Assembly: GCF_902713615.1 (NCBI RefSeq)
Contig: NC_052163.1
Span: 84,617,721-84,681,720 of the forward strand
Reading direction: 5' to 3'
Length of the DNA stretch: 64,000 nucleotides
From: Scyliorhinus canicula
Lineage: Eukaryota
Below are positions 46,810 to 59,800 of the stretch, piece by piece (positions within the stretch are counted from its first letter, which is position 1; the number at the start of each line of letters is the position of its first letter). A program made the translations under genes and the position numbers. The notes below the pieces were generated by a model. That model did no database searches. It was not told where the DNA came from and was given only the letters and a program-made list of their open reading frames with translations.

Positions 46810-49786
46810 AACAAATTCAGCAGGGGCATGGGAACCTGGATTGTAGTTTTGGGGTACGGGAGATTGAGAGTATAGAGGTCAGGAGCACAGATTTGACTTC
46901 ACAGGAGGGTGCCAGTGTTCAGGTAGGTGGTTTGAAGTGTGTCTACTTCAATGCCAGGAGTATACGAAATAAGGTAGGGGAACTGGCAGCATGGGTTGGT
47001 ACCTGGGACTTCGATGTTGTGGCCATTTCAGAGACATGGATAGAGCAGGGACAGGAATGGTTGTTGCAGGTTCCGGGGTTTAGGTGTTTTAGTAAGCTCA
47101 GAGAAGGGGGCAAAAGAGGGGGAGGTGTGGCGCTGCTAGTCAAGGACAGTATTACGGTGGCGGAAAGGATGCTAGATGGGGACTCTTCTTCTGAGGTAGT
47201 ATGGGCTGAGGTTAGAAACAGGAAAGGAGAGGTCACCCTGTTGGGAGTTTTCTATAGGCCACCTAATAGTTCTAGGGATGTAGAGGAAAGGATGGCGAAG
47301 ATGATTCTGGAAAAGAGCGAAAGTAACAGGGTAGTTGTTATGGGAGACTTTAACTTTCCAAATATTGACTGGAAAAGATATAGTTCGAGTACATTAGATG
47401 GGTCATTCTTTGTACAATGTGTGCAGGAGGGTTTCCTGACACAATATGTTGACAGGCCAACAAGAGGCGAGGCCACATTGGATTTGGTTTTGGGTAATGA
47501 ACCAGGCCAGGTGTTAGATCTGGAGGTAGGTGAGCACTTTGGAGACAGTGACCACAATTCGGTGACCTTTACGTTAGTGATGGAAAGGGATAAGTATACC
47601 CCGCAGGGCAAGAGTTATAGCTGGGGGAAGGGCAATTATGATGCCATTAGACATGACTTAGGATGTGTTGGTTGGAGAAGTAGGCTGCAAGGGTTGGGCA
47701 CACTGGATATGTGGAGCTTGTTCAAGGAACAGCTATTGCATGTTCTTGATAAGTACGTACCAGTCAGGCAGGGAGGAAGGGGTCGAGCGAGGGAACCGTG
47801 GTTTACCAAAGAAGTGGAATCTCTTGTTAAGAGGAAGAAGGAGGCCAATGTGAAGATGAGGCGTGAAGTTTCAGTTGGGGCGCTTGATATTTACAAGGAA
47901 GCGAGGAAGGATCTAAAGAGAGAGCTGAGACGAGCAAGGAGGGGACATGAGAAGTCTTTGGCAGGTAGGATCAAGGAAAACCCAAAAGCTTTCTATAGGT
48001 ATGTCAGGAATAAAAGAATGACTAGGGTGAGAGTAGGGCCAGTCAAGGACAGTGGTGGGAAGTTGTGCGTGGAGGCTGAGGAGATAAGCGAGATACTAAA
48101 TGAATACTTTTCGTCAGTATTCACTCAAGTAAAAGATAATATTGTGGAGGAGAATGCTGAGACCCAGGCTATTAGAATAGATGGCATTGAGGTGCGTAGG
48201 GAAGAAGTGTTGGCAATTCTGGACAAGGTGAAAATAGATAAGTCCCCGGGGCTGGATGGGATTTATCCTAGGATTCTCTGGGAAGCCAGGGAAGAGATTG
48301 CTGAGCCTTTGGCTTTGATTTTTAGGTCATCATTGGCTACAGGAATAGTGCCAGAGGACTGGAGGATAGCAAATGTGGTCCCTTTGTTCAAGAAGGGGAG
48401 TAGAGATAACCCCGGTAACTATAGGCCGGTGAGCCTAACGTCTGTGGTGGGTAAAGTCTTGGAGAGGATTATAAAAGATACGATTTATAATCATCTAGAT
48501 AGGAATAATATGATTAGGGACATTCAGCATGGTTTTGTGAAGGGTAGGTCATGCCTCACAAACCTTATCGAGTTCTTTGAGAAGGTGACTGAACAGGTAG
48601 ACGAGGGTAGAGCAGTTGATGTGGTGTATATGGATTTCAGTAAAGCATTTGATAAGGTTCCCCACGGTCGTCTATTGCAGAAAATACGGAGGCTGGGGAT
48701 TGAGGGTGATTTAGAGATGTGGATCAGAAATTGGCTAGTTGAAAGAAGACAGAGAGTGGTAGTTGATGGGAAATGTTCAGAATGGAGTTCAGTTACGAGT
48801 GGCGTACCACAAGGATCTGTTCTGGGGCCGTTGCTGTTTGTCATTTTTATAAATGACCTAGAGGAGGGCGCAGAAGGATGGGTGAGTAAATTTGCAGACG
48901 ACACTAAAGTCGGTGGAGTTGTAAACAGTGCGGAAGGATGTTGCAGGTTACAGAGGGACATAGATAAGCTGCAGAGCTGGGCTGAGAGGTGGCAAATGGA
49001 GCTTAATGTGGAGAAGTGTGAGGTGATTCACTTTGGATAGAATAACAGAAATGCGGAATATTTGGCTAATGGTAAAATTCTTGGTAGTGTGGATGAGCAG
49101 AGGGATCTCGGTGTCCATGTACATAGATCCCTGAAAGTTGCCACCCAGGTTGATAGGGTTGTGAAGAAGGCCTATGGTGTGTTGGCCTTTATTGGTAGAG
49201 GGATTGAGTTCTGGAGCCATGAGGTCATGTTGCAGTTGTACAAAACTCTAGTACGGCCGCATTTGGAGTATTGCGTACAGTTCTGGTCGCCTCATTATAG
49301 GAAGGGCGTGGAAGCTTTGGAACGGGTGCAGAGGAGATTTACCAGGATGTTGCCTGGTATGGAGGGAAAATCTTATGAGGAAAGGCTGATGGACTTGAGG
49401 TTGTTTTCGTTAGAGAGAAGAAGGTTAAGAGGTGACTTAATAGAGGCATACAAAATGATCAGAGGGTTAGATAGGGTGGACAGCGAGAGCCTTCTCCCGC
49501 GGATAGAGGTGGCTAGCACAAGGGGACATAGCCTTAAATTGAGGAGTAATAGATATAGGACAGAGGTCAGAGGTGGGTTTTTTACGCAAAGAGTGGTGAG
49601 GCCGTGGAATGCCCTACCTGCAACAGTAGTGAACATGCCAACATTGAGGGCATTAAAAAATTTATTGGATAAGCATATGGATGATAAGGGCATAGTGTAG
49701 GTTAGATGGCCTTTAGATTTTTTTCCATGTCGGTGCAACATCGAGGGCCGAAGGGCCTGTACTGCGCTGTATCGTTCTATGTTCTA
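46810..49786 (+). mobile_element. Young CR1-type LINE (APE and RT ORF2 46893-49700 with one in-frame stop at 49038-49040)
   Basis: NARSI, SETW, GDFN and SDH endonuclease motifs; PQGSVLGP and FADD RT motifs. ORFs 46893-49040 and 49062-49700 share a frame. Absent at the empty site near 18052. Confidence 0.93.
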
Positions 49787-49968
49787 AATTGACCGTAGTG
49801 TCCTAAAAAAAAAGTAAGGTTAAGGGGGGGGGGGGGGGGGGGGGGGGGGGTTGTTGGGTTACGGGTATAGGGTGGATACGTGGGTTTGTGTAGGGTGATC
49901 ATTGCTCAGCACAACATTGAGGGCCGAAGGGCCTGTTCTGTGCTGTACTGTTCTAAGTTCTAAGTTCT
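49787..49968 (+). mobile_element. 3' half of an HE1-like SINE fused to the CR1 tail
   Basis: Matches 37134-37284 and ends in (gttctaa)n. Confidence 0.88.
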
Positions 49969-52900
49969 AAGAGCAGAGGGTTAAAACTGCGAGATTAGCA
50001 GCAGAAATGGCCAATGATTATGAATTTATTCATAAATCAAAGCTTGGTTTCCGACATCAGTTTCTTTTTTTTTAAATTTAGTGTACCCAATTACATTTTT
50101 TCCAATTAAGCGGCAATTTAGCGTGGCCAATCCACCTAGCATGCACATCTTTGGGTTGTGGGGGCGAAACCCACGCAAACACGGGGAGAATGTGCAAACT
50201 CCACACGGACAGTGACCCAGAGCCAGGATCAAACCTGGTACCTCGGTGCCGTGAGGCTACAGGGCTAACCAACTGAGCGACCGTGCTGCCTCCCGACATC
50301 AGTTTCAGCCTGTGAGGGATAGATACTGGGGACATGAGAAATACTCAAGTGGCAAAAGTAAAGTGACCTGATAGGAGATAATAAGGAGAGTGTGCCTCAG
50401 ATTAAAAAAGAAATCCAGGAGGATGGAAGAGACATGAAAAGTTTCAAATGTTTTCACTGTAATAAACTAGGCCATGTAAAGTCACAGTGTTGGTGGTTGA
50501 AGAAAAGCACTGGGAAGGCCGATGTGGTGAAACAGGATAAGACAGTGGGATTTGTTAGAGTGGTAAAGGAAAGTCCAAGAAAGCGAAGGAGGTGCAAAAG
50601 ATTGTATAGCCTGATCAAGAGGTGATTGATAAGAAAGTGCCAGATCTCTTTAAAGAATTTACTTGTGTGGGTAAAGTTTACTCATGTGTATCAGGAGGAG
50701 CAGGTAAAGAAGTCACAATTTTAAGAGATAGGGGAGCTAGTCAATCTTTCATGGTAAGAGATGAGGAGTTATGTAGTTTGGGAAGAATGTTGCCAGAAAA
50801 GGTGGTAATATTTGGAATTCAGGGTGAGAGGAGTAGCGTTCCATTAGATAAGGGAAGGTTGGAAAGTCCAGTGAAGAGTGGTGAAGTGGTAGTGGGAGTA
50901 ATAGAGAAACTATCTTGTCCAGGAATACAGTTTATCTTGGGTAATGCTATAGCTGGATCGCAGGCGGGAGTGATGCCTACTGTGGTTGATAACCAGTGGA
51001 AAATGAGACAACTGAAGTGTTGAAGGACGAATATCCTAGGATTTTCCTGGATTGTGCAGTAACAAGGTCGCAAAGTCACAGCTTAAGACAATAGGAGAAA
51101 TCAGGGGCGAGTTTCTCCGGGAATCGGCTGGGCGGGCAACTCCGGCAGGAAGGAGTGGCGTGAACCACTTCAGCGTTGTGCCGCTCCAAAGGTGCGGAAT
51201 CCTCTGCACCTTCAGGGGCTAGGCCAGCGCCAGAGTGGTTTGCGCCGCGCTGGCCGGCGGGGAAGGGGCTTGGCACCATGCCAATCGGCGCTGAAGGGCC
51301 TCTGCCGGCCGATTTTTGATCAGATGATTGGAAAAGAACAGATGGAGGATTAGGCGGATAATTTTGGTTCAGGAAAATTGACGGAGTTACAACAGAAAGA
51401 TGTAGAAATAAAACGGATGTATCAGAAAGCATACACGGAAGAGGAATCTGAGTGGATGCCAGAGTTATTACCGTAAAAGTGATGTCTTGATGAGAAAATG
51501 GAGACCTTAACATTTGCAGGCGGATGAAAAGTGGACAGAAGTTCATCAAGTAGTATTGCCGCTGGGGTTTAGAAAGGAGGTGTTGCAAGTTGCACATGAG
51601 GTACCAGTGGGAGGTCATTTGGGAATAAGGAAAACTCAAGCCAAAATACAAAACATTTTTATTGGCCTGGACTACATAAAGATGTAGTTAAATTTTGTCA
51701 ATCATGTCACACATGTCAAGTGACAGGGAAAGCTCAAGCAGTGATAAAACCAGAGCCCTTAATACCCATTCCAGCATTTGAGGAACCTTTTACATGGGTC
51801 CGAATTGATTGCGTTGGACTGCTTCCTAAAACGAAAAGTGGGAATCAATATCTTTTGACTATAATGGATGTGTCTACTAGGTTTCCAGAGGCCATTCCAG
51901 TATGCAATATTACAGCTAAAAAGATTGTTGAGAAGTTACTTAAATTCTTTGCTAGATATGGACCACCCACAGAATACAATCAGATCAAGGATCATATTTT
52001 ACCTCAAGGTTATTCAAAGAAGTTATGGATAGCTTAGGAATAAAACAATTTAAATCAACTGCGTACCATCCAGAATCGCAGGGAGCGTTAGAAAGTTGGC
52101 ATCAGACATTAAAGACAATGTTGAGGGCTTATTGTCAAGATTATCCAGAGGATTGGGATAAAGGAATTCCATTCGTACTGTTTGCAATTAGGGATGCACC
52201 TCATGAGTCAACCAAATTCAGTCCTTTTGAACTAATTTTTGGTCATCAGGTAAGAGGACCACTTAAATTGATTAAGGTAAAATTGGTGAGTGAGAAATTG
52301 AAATTACATTCTTGGATTAAGTGCCAAATTTCAGGGGACGATTAAATAGAGCAGGAGAATTGGCTAGACAACATTTAAGGGTTGCACAAAATGTGATGAA
52401 ACGGGTAGCGGACAAGAAATCCAAAGTTCGTAGTTTTGCCTGTGGAGATAAAGTTTTAGTATTGTCACCAGTGGTAGGTGAGCCTTTAAAAGCTGGGTTT
52501 TGTGAACCGTATCAAATTGAAAGGAAATTAAGTGAGGTGAATTATGTGGTAAAAGCACCAGATAGAAGGAAGAAGGCGTGTGTCATGTGAATATGCTTCA
52601 AAGGTACTTTGAAAGGGAAGGAGAGAAATAGGAGGAGGTACAAATGATTCTAACTCAAAGTGACGAACCAAATCCAGATGTCTGTGAATTTGACATACTC
52701 CAAATTAAATTGGAAAATAAGGATGTTCTTAAAAATTGGGATAAATTGTTGATTTACCTTCCTGAGGAAAAGCGGACTGACCTGAAAGAGTTATTGATAT
52801 CACGTGGGCACGTTTGTAGAGATAAATTGGGAAGTACTAAAATGGCTATACATGATGTAGATGTGGGAAATGCCGTTCCAATCAAACAACATCCATATAG

Positions 52901-53854
52901 ACTTAACCTGTTAAAATTGGCACAGGTTAACAAAGAGATTGAGAGTATGCTTAAAAATGGCATAATTGAAGTGGGTTGCAGCCAGTGGAGTTCACCCATA
53001 ATAATGGTGCCTAAATCAGATGGTACCCAATGGTTGTGTGTGGACTACAGAAAGGTTAATGCAATTACAAGAGCGGACTCTTATCCTATACCGCGTTTGG
53101 AGGATTGCATTGAGAAAGTGGACAATCAGTTTTTATTTCCAAACCGGATTCACTTAAAGGTTACTGGCAGGTACCTTTATCCAAAAGGGCGAAGGAGGTT
53201 TCAGCTTTATGGTATGTACCAATTCAATGTAATGCCATTTGGCATGAAAAACACCCCAGCCACATTTCAACTAACAAAGTTGTTTCAGGATTACCCAATT
53301 GTGCGGTATACATCGATGATCTGGTAATTTTCAGCCAGACATGGACAGAACATTTGAAACGTCTGATGGGGTTATTCGATCGACTTCAGGAGGTGGGTGT
53401 GGTGGTAAACCCAGCCAAAAGTGAATTTGGAAAAGCCCAATTCACTTTCCTTGGCCATACACTCGGACAGGGTCGAATGGTCACATGGAATGTGAAACCA
53501 ACAGTTATTGAAGAGTTTTCAATTCCCTCAAGACAAAGGGGCATAATGTGATTTCTTGGCATGAGTGGATTTGATCGAACGTTTGTGCAAATGTTTTGTC
53601 GCGTGATTGCTCCACTGATGGACTTGCTGAAGAAACGTCGAAAATTTCAATGGACAGCAGAGTTTCAACAGGCATTTGACTGCCTGAAAGCTGTGATAAC
53701 CAATGCTCATGTGTTGGAGAATTACAAGGGACCCTGATCAGATTGAACTAAAGTTTCTGACTTTAAAGAGACATGCCGAGGAGTAGAGGAATGGATGGAT
53801 TGTGCAGAGACCTTCTTGTTCAATGAGACTGACAATCGAGAAGGATTTCAGTTG

Positions 53855-56800
53855 GACTTCCGGTGGCGGCAATGCGGAGCTAAGCTGCACGTTCGGCAGT
53901 TCCCGCTATCATAGGACTTTTCGGCTCTTTTAAGGGCCCCAAATGGCGTTGGTTCAATGATTCCCAGTGTGTGAAGGTGTCTGGAGTAATATCCCCCGGG
54001 ATTTATGGATCGGACCCGGAGTGGGGCGAGGAAAAAAAACGGCAACAGTCCCTTGGAAAAGCGGGGAAAGGTGGACAAACTGGCGGCCAGTGGAGTCCCC
54101 TGAGGAGTGGAGGCAGTGGGCGCAGGAGCAGCAGGCGGCCCATCTGCGCTACTTTACAGAGCTGAAAGTGGAGTTGCTGGACTCTTTGAAAGTTACTACA
54201 AGTAAGCTGCTGGGGACCCAGACAACCCAGGGTGCAGCGATCCGTGAGTTGCAGCAGCAGGCCTCTGAGCGCAAGGATGAGGTCTCGGCCCTCATGGGGA
54301 AGGTGGAGTTGCACGAGGCACTCCACAAAAAGTGGCAAGATTGTTTTGAGGAGATGGAGTTTCGGTCGAGGAGGAAGAACTTGCAGATCCTGGGCCTCGC
54401 GGAGGGGCTGGAGGGGTCGGACCTGCCGGCTTATGTGGCCGTGATGCTGAACTCGCTGGTGGGGGCAGGATCTTTCCATCTGCCCCTGGAGCTGGAGGGG
54501 GCCCACAGAGTATTGGCCAGGAGGCCTAAGGCGAATGAAACCCCTTGGGCGGTGCTGATGCGGTTCCATCGGTTCAGTGACCGGGAGTGTGTGCTGCGAT
54601 GGGCCAAGAAGGTGAGGAGCAGCAAGTGGGAGAAATCGGTAGTGCGCATCTACCAGGACTGGAGTGCGGAGGTGGCTAAGCGGAGGGCCGGGTTCAACCG
54701 GACGAAGGCGGTGCTCCACAGGTGAAATTCGGCATGCTGCCGCCTGCGCGCTTGTGGATCACCTACAAGGACCGACATCACTATTTTGAGTCCCCGGAGG
54801 AGGCGTGGGCCTTTGTGCAGGCTGAAAAGTTGGACTCGAACTAGGGATTGGGGACTGTGGGGGTTTTTTGTATCACTGTTTATGCTGTTGCTGGATATTC
54901 TGGGTTTTTTTCTGCTTCCGGATGCTGTTGGTTATAAGAACATAAGAGAAGAAAATAAGAACTAAGAGCAGGAGTAGGCCATCTAGCCCCTCAAGCCTGC
55001 TCCGCCATTCAATGAGATCATGGCTGATCTTTTGTGGACTCAGCTCCACTTTCCGGCCCGAACACCATAACCCTTAATCCCTTTATTCTTCAAAAAACTA
55101 TCTATCTTTACCTTAAAAACATGTAATGAAGGAGCCTCAACTGCTTCACTGGGCAAGGAATTCCATAGATTCACAACCCTTTGGGTGAAGAAGTTCCTCC
55201 TAAACTCAGTCCTAAATCTACTTCCCCTTATTTTGAGGCTATGTCCCCTAGTTCTGCTTTCACCCGCCAGTGGAAACAACCTGCCCGCATCTATCCTATC
55301 TATTCCCTTCATAATTTTAAATTTTTCTATAAGATCCCCCCTCATCCTTCTAAATTCCAACGAGTACAGTCCCAGTCTACTCAACCTCTCCTCATAATCC
55401 AACCCCTTCAGCTCTGGGATTAACCTAGTGAATCTCCTCTGCACACCCTCCAGTGCCAGTACGTCCTTTCTCAAGTAAGGAGACCAAAACTGAACACAAT
55501 ACTCCAGGTGTGGCCTCACTAACACCTTATACAATTGCAACATAACATCCCTAGTCTTAAACTCCATCCCTCTAGCAATGAAGGACAAAATTCCATTTGC
55601 CTTCTTAATCACCTCTTGCACCTGTAAACCAACCTTCTGTGACTCATGCACTAGCACACCCAAGTCTCTCTGCACAGCGGCATGCTTTAATATTTTATCG
55701 TTTAAATAATAATCCCGTTTGCTGTTATTCCTACCAAAATGGATAACCTCACATTTGTCAACATTGTATCCCATCTGCCAGACCCTAGTCCATTCATTTA
55801 ACCTATCCAAATCCCTCTGCAGACTTCCAGTATCCTCTGCACTTTTCGCTTTACCACTCATCTTAGTGTCATCTGCAAACTTGGACACATTGCCCTTGGA
55901 CCCCCAACTCCAAATCATCTATGTAAATTGTGAACAATTGTGGGCCCAACACGGATCTCTGAGGGACACCACTAGCTACTGATTGCCAACCAGAGAAACA
56001 CCCATCAATCCCCACTCTTTGCTTTCTATTAATTAACCAATCCTCTATCCATGCTACTACTTTACTCTTAATGCCATGCATCTTTATCTTATGCAGCAAC
56101 CTTTTGTGTGGCACCTTGTCAAAGGCTTTCTGGAAATCCAGATATACCACATCCATCGGCTCCCCATTATCTACTGCACTGGTAATGTCCACAAAAAATT
56201 CCACTAAATTAGTTAGGCATGACCTTCCCTTTATGAACACATGCTGCGTCTGCCCAATGGGACAATTTCTATCCAGATGCCTCGCTATTTCTTCCTTGAT
56301 GATAGATTCCAGCATCTTCCCTACTACCGAAGTTAAGCTCACTGGCCTATAATTTCCTGCTTTCTGCCTACCTCCTTTTTTAAACAGTGGTGTCACGTTT
56401 GCTAATTTCCAATCCACCGGGACCACCCCAGAGTCTAGTGAATTTCGGTAAATTATCATTAGTGCATCTGCAATTTCCCTAGCCATCTCTTTTAGCACTC
56501 TGGGATGCATTCCATCAGGGCCAGGAGACTTGTCTACCTTTAGCCCCATTAGCTTACCCATCACTACCTCCTTAGTGATAACAATCCTCTCAAGGTCCTC
56601 ACCTGTCATAGCCTCATTTCTATCAGTCGCTAGCATGTTATTTGTGTCTTCCACTGTGAAGACCGACCCAAAAAACCTGTTCAGTTCCTCAGCCATTTCC
56701 TCATTTCCCATTATTAAAACTCCCTTCTCATCCTCTAAAGGACCAATATTTACCTTAGCCACTCTTTTTTGTTTTATATATTTGTAAAAACTTTTACTGT

Positions 56801-59800
56801 CTGTTTTTATATTCTGAGCAAGTTTACTCTCATACTCTATCTTACTCTTCTTTATAGCTTTTTTAGTAGCTTTCTGTTGCCCCCTAAAGATTTCCCAGTC
56901 CTCTAATCTTCCAGCAATCTTTGCCACTTTAAATGCTTTTTCCTTCAATTTGATACTCTCCCTTATTTCCTTAGATATCCACGGTCGATTTTCCCTCTTT
57001 CTACCGTCCTTCCTTTTTGTTGGTATAAATCTTTGCTGAGCACTGTGAAAAATCGCTTGGAAGGTTCTCCATTGTTCCCCAACTGTTCCACCCTAAAGTC
57101 TTAGCTCCCAGTCTACCTTAGCTAGTTCTTCTCTCATCCCCTTGTAATCTCCTCTGTTTAAACACAAAACACTAGTATTTGATTTTACTTTCTCACCCTC
57201 CATCTGTATTTTAAATTCCACCATATTGTGATCGCTCCTTCCAAGAGGATCCCTAACTATGAGATCATGAATCAATCCTGTCTCATTACACAGGACAAGA
57301 TCTAGGACCGCTTGTTCCCTCGTAGGTTCCGTTACATACTGTTCTAGGGAACTATCGCGGATACATTCTATAAACTCCTCCTCAAGGTTGCCTTGACCGA
57401 CCTGGTTAAACCAATCGACATGTAGATTTAAATCCCCCATGATAACTGCTGTACCATTTCTACATGCATCAGTTATTTCTTTGTTTATTGCCTGCCCCAC
57501 CATCTCGTTACTATTTGGTGGCCAATAGACTACTCCTATCAGTGACTTTTTCGCCTTACTATTCCTGATTTCCACCCAAATGGATTCAACCTTATCCTCC
57601 ATAGCACCAATGTCATCCCTTACTATTGCCTGGATGTCATCCTTAAATAACAGAGCAACACCACCTCCCTTACCATCCACTCTGTCCTTCCGAATAGTTT
57701 GATACCCTCGGATATTTAACTCCCAGTCGTGACCATCCTTTAACCATGTTTCAGTAATGGCCACTAAATCATAGTCATTTACGATGATTTGTGCCATCAA
57801 CTCATTTACTTTATTCCGAATACTACGAGCATTCAGGTAAAGTACACTTATGTTGGTTTTTTTACCTCTGTTTTGAATCTTAACATCTCCAGTTTTATTC
57901 CTTTTGTTATTACTGGGCCTATTCACTGAGCTCCCCTCAGTCACTGTACCTTGTACTGTCGCCCTTTTGATTTTTGACTATGTCTTCTCTGCCTTGCACT
58001 TTTCCCCTTACTTCCTTTTGCTCCTGTCCCTTTTTCACTACCTTCCAACTTCCTGCATCAGTTCCCATCCCCCTGCCACATTAGTTTAAACCCTCCCCAA
58101 CAGCTCTAGAAAACACCCCCCCCAAGACATCGGTTCCAGTCCTGCCCAGGTGCAGACCGTCTGGTTTGTACTGGTCCCACCTCCCCCAGAACTGGTCCCA
58201 ATGCCCCAGGAATTTGAATCCCTCCCTCTTGTACCATCTCTCGAGCCACGCATTCATCCTATCTATCCTGACATTCCTACTCTGACTAGCTCGTGGCACT
58301 GGTAGCAATCCTGAGATTACTACCTTTGAGGTCCTACTATTTAGTTTAACTCCTAAATCCCTGAATTCCGCTTGTAGGACCTCATCCCGTTTTTTACCTA
58401 TATCGTTGGTGCCTATGTGCACCACGACAGCTGGCTGTTCACCCTCCCACCCCCAGAATGTCCTGCAGCCGCTCCGAGACATCCTTGACCCTTGCACCAG
58501 GGAGGCAACATACCATCCTGGAGTCTCGATTGCGTCCACAGAACCGCCTATCTATTCCCCTTACGATCGAGTCCCCTATCACTATAGCCCTGCCATTTTT
58601 CTTCCTGCCCTGCTGTGCAGCAGAGCCAGCCACGGTGACATGAACCTGGCCTCTGCTGCCTTCCCCTGGTGAGCCATCTCCCTCAACAGTATCCAAAGCG
58701 GTATATCTGTTTTGCAGGGAGATGACCGCAGGGGACACCTGCACTGCCTTCCTACTCTTGCTCTTTCTTTTGGTCACCCATTTTCTATCTCCCTCATTAA
58801 TTTTCACCTGCGGTGTGACCAACTCGCTAAACGTGCTATCCACTCGCTAAACGTGCTATCCACTCGCTAAACGTGCTATCCATGGTTTTGTGTTTTAAGG
58901 GGGGTGTTGGGGGTCTGGTTCTTTTTGTACGTGGTTGGTGGATGGGTTGGGACTGCTATTTGGGAGCTGCGTTGGGGGGGTGGGGTGGGGCAGTGTGAAA
59001 GCGCGGGCTTTCCTCTAGTTTCGCGCGCCGTGGGACGAGAGGGGTGGAGCCGGAGGCAAGGGGCGTGGATATCAGTTCCGTTTTCCCGCGCTGGAGCGGT
59101 GCCAAGGAGCTGCTGCAGGGTGGGGGTGACCCCATATCGGGAGGGGTCGGAGTTAGGGCGGGAGCTGCCAGGGTCAGCAGAAGTCAGCTGGCTCACGGGA
59201 GTACTATGGAGGGAGTGTCGTGGCTAGGAGGGGTCCTAGCCTGGGGAGAGGGGGATACCGGGTTGCTGCTGGAATGGCCAGGGAGGACCTGGTGCGGGTC
59301 GGGGGGGTAGGGTTGAGGTTCTATCGCCATGGGAAACGGGCCGAGTTGGGGGTGCTGGCCAGGGGCGAGCAGTCGATGGGCTATGGCTAGTCGGCGTGGG
59401 GGGGGGCGGGGGGCGGGGTGCCCCCTGATCCGGCTGATCTGGGGGTTTATGGACCAGATGGGAGGGGTGGATCCCTGGAGGTTTGGGAGGCCGAGGGCTC
59501 GGGAGTACTCTTTTTTTCTCCCACGTGCACAGGGTTTATTCCCGTGTTGAATTTTTTGTCCTGAGTAGGGGGCTGGTCCCAAGGGTGGAGGATGCCGAAT
59601 ATTCGGTTATAGCGATTTCGGACCATGCTCCGCATTGGGTGGATCTGGAGATGGGGGAGGTGTGGGACCAGCGCCCACTTTGGCGTCTGGATGTGGGGTT
59701 GTTGGCTGATGAGGAGGTGTGTAGGAGGGTCCGGGGATGTATTGAGAGGTACCTCGAGGCCAATGATACTGGGGAGGTCCGGGTGGGGATGGTGTGGGAG

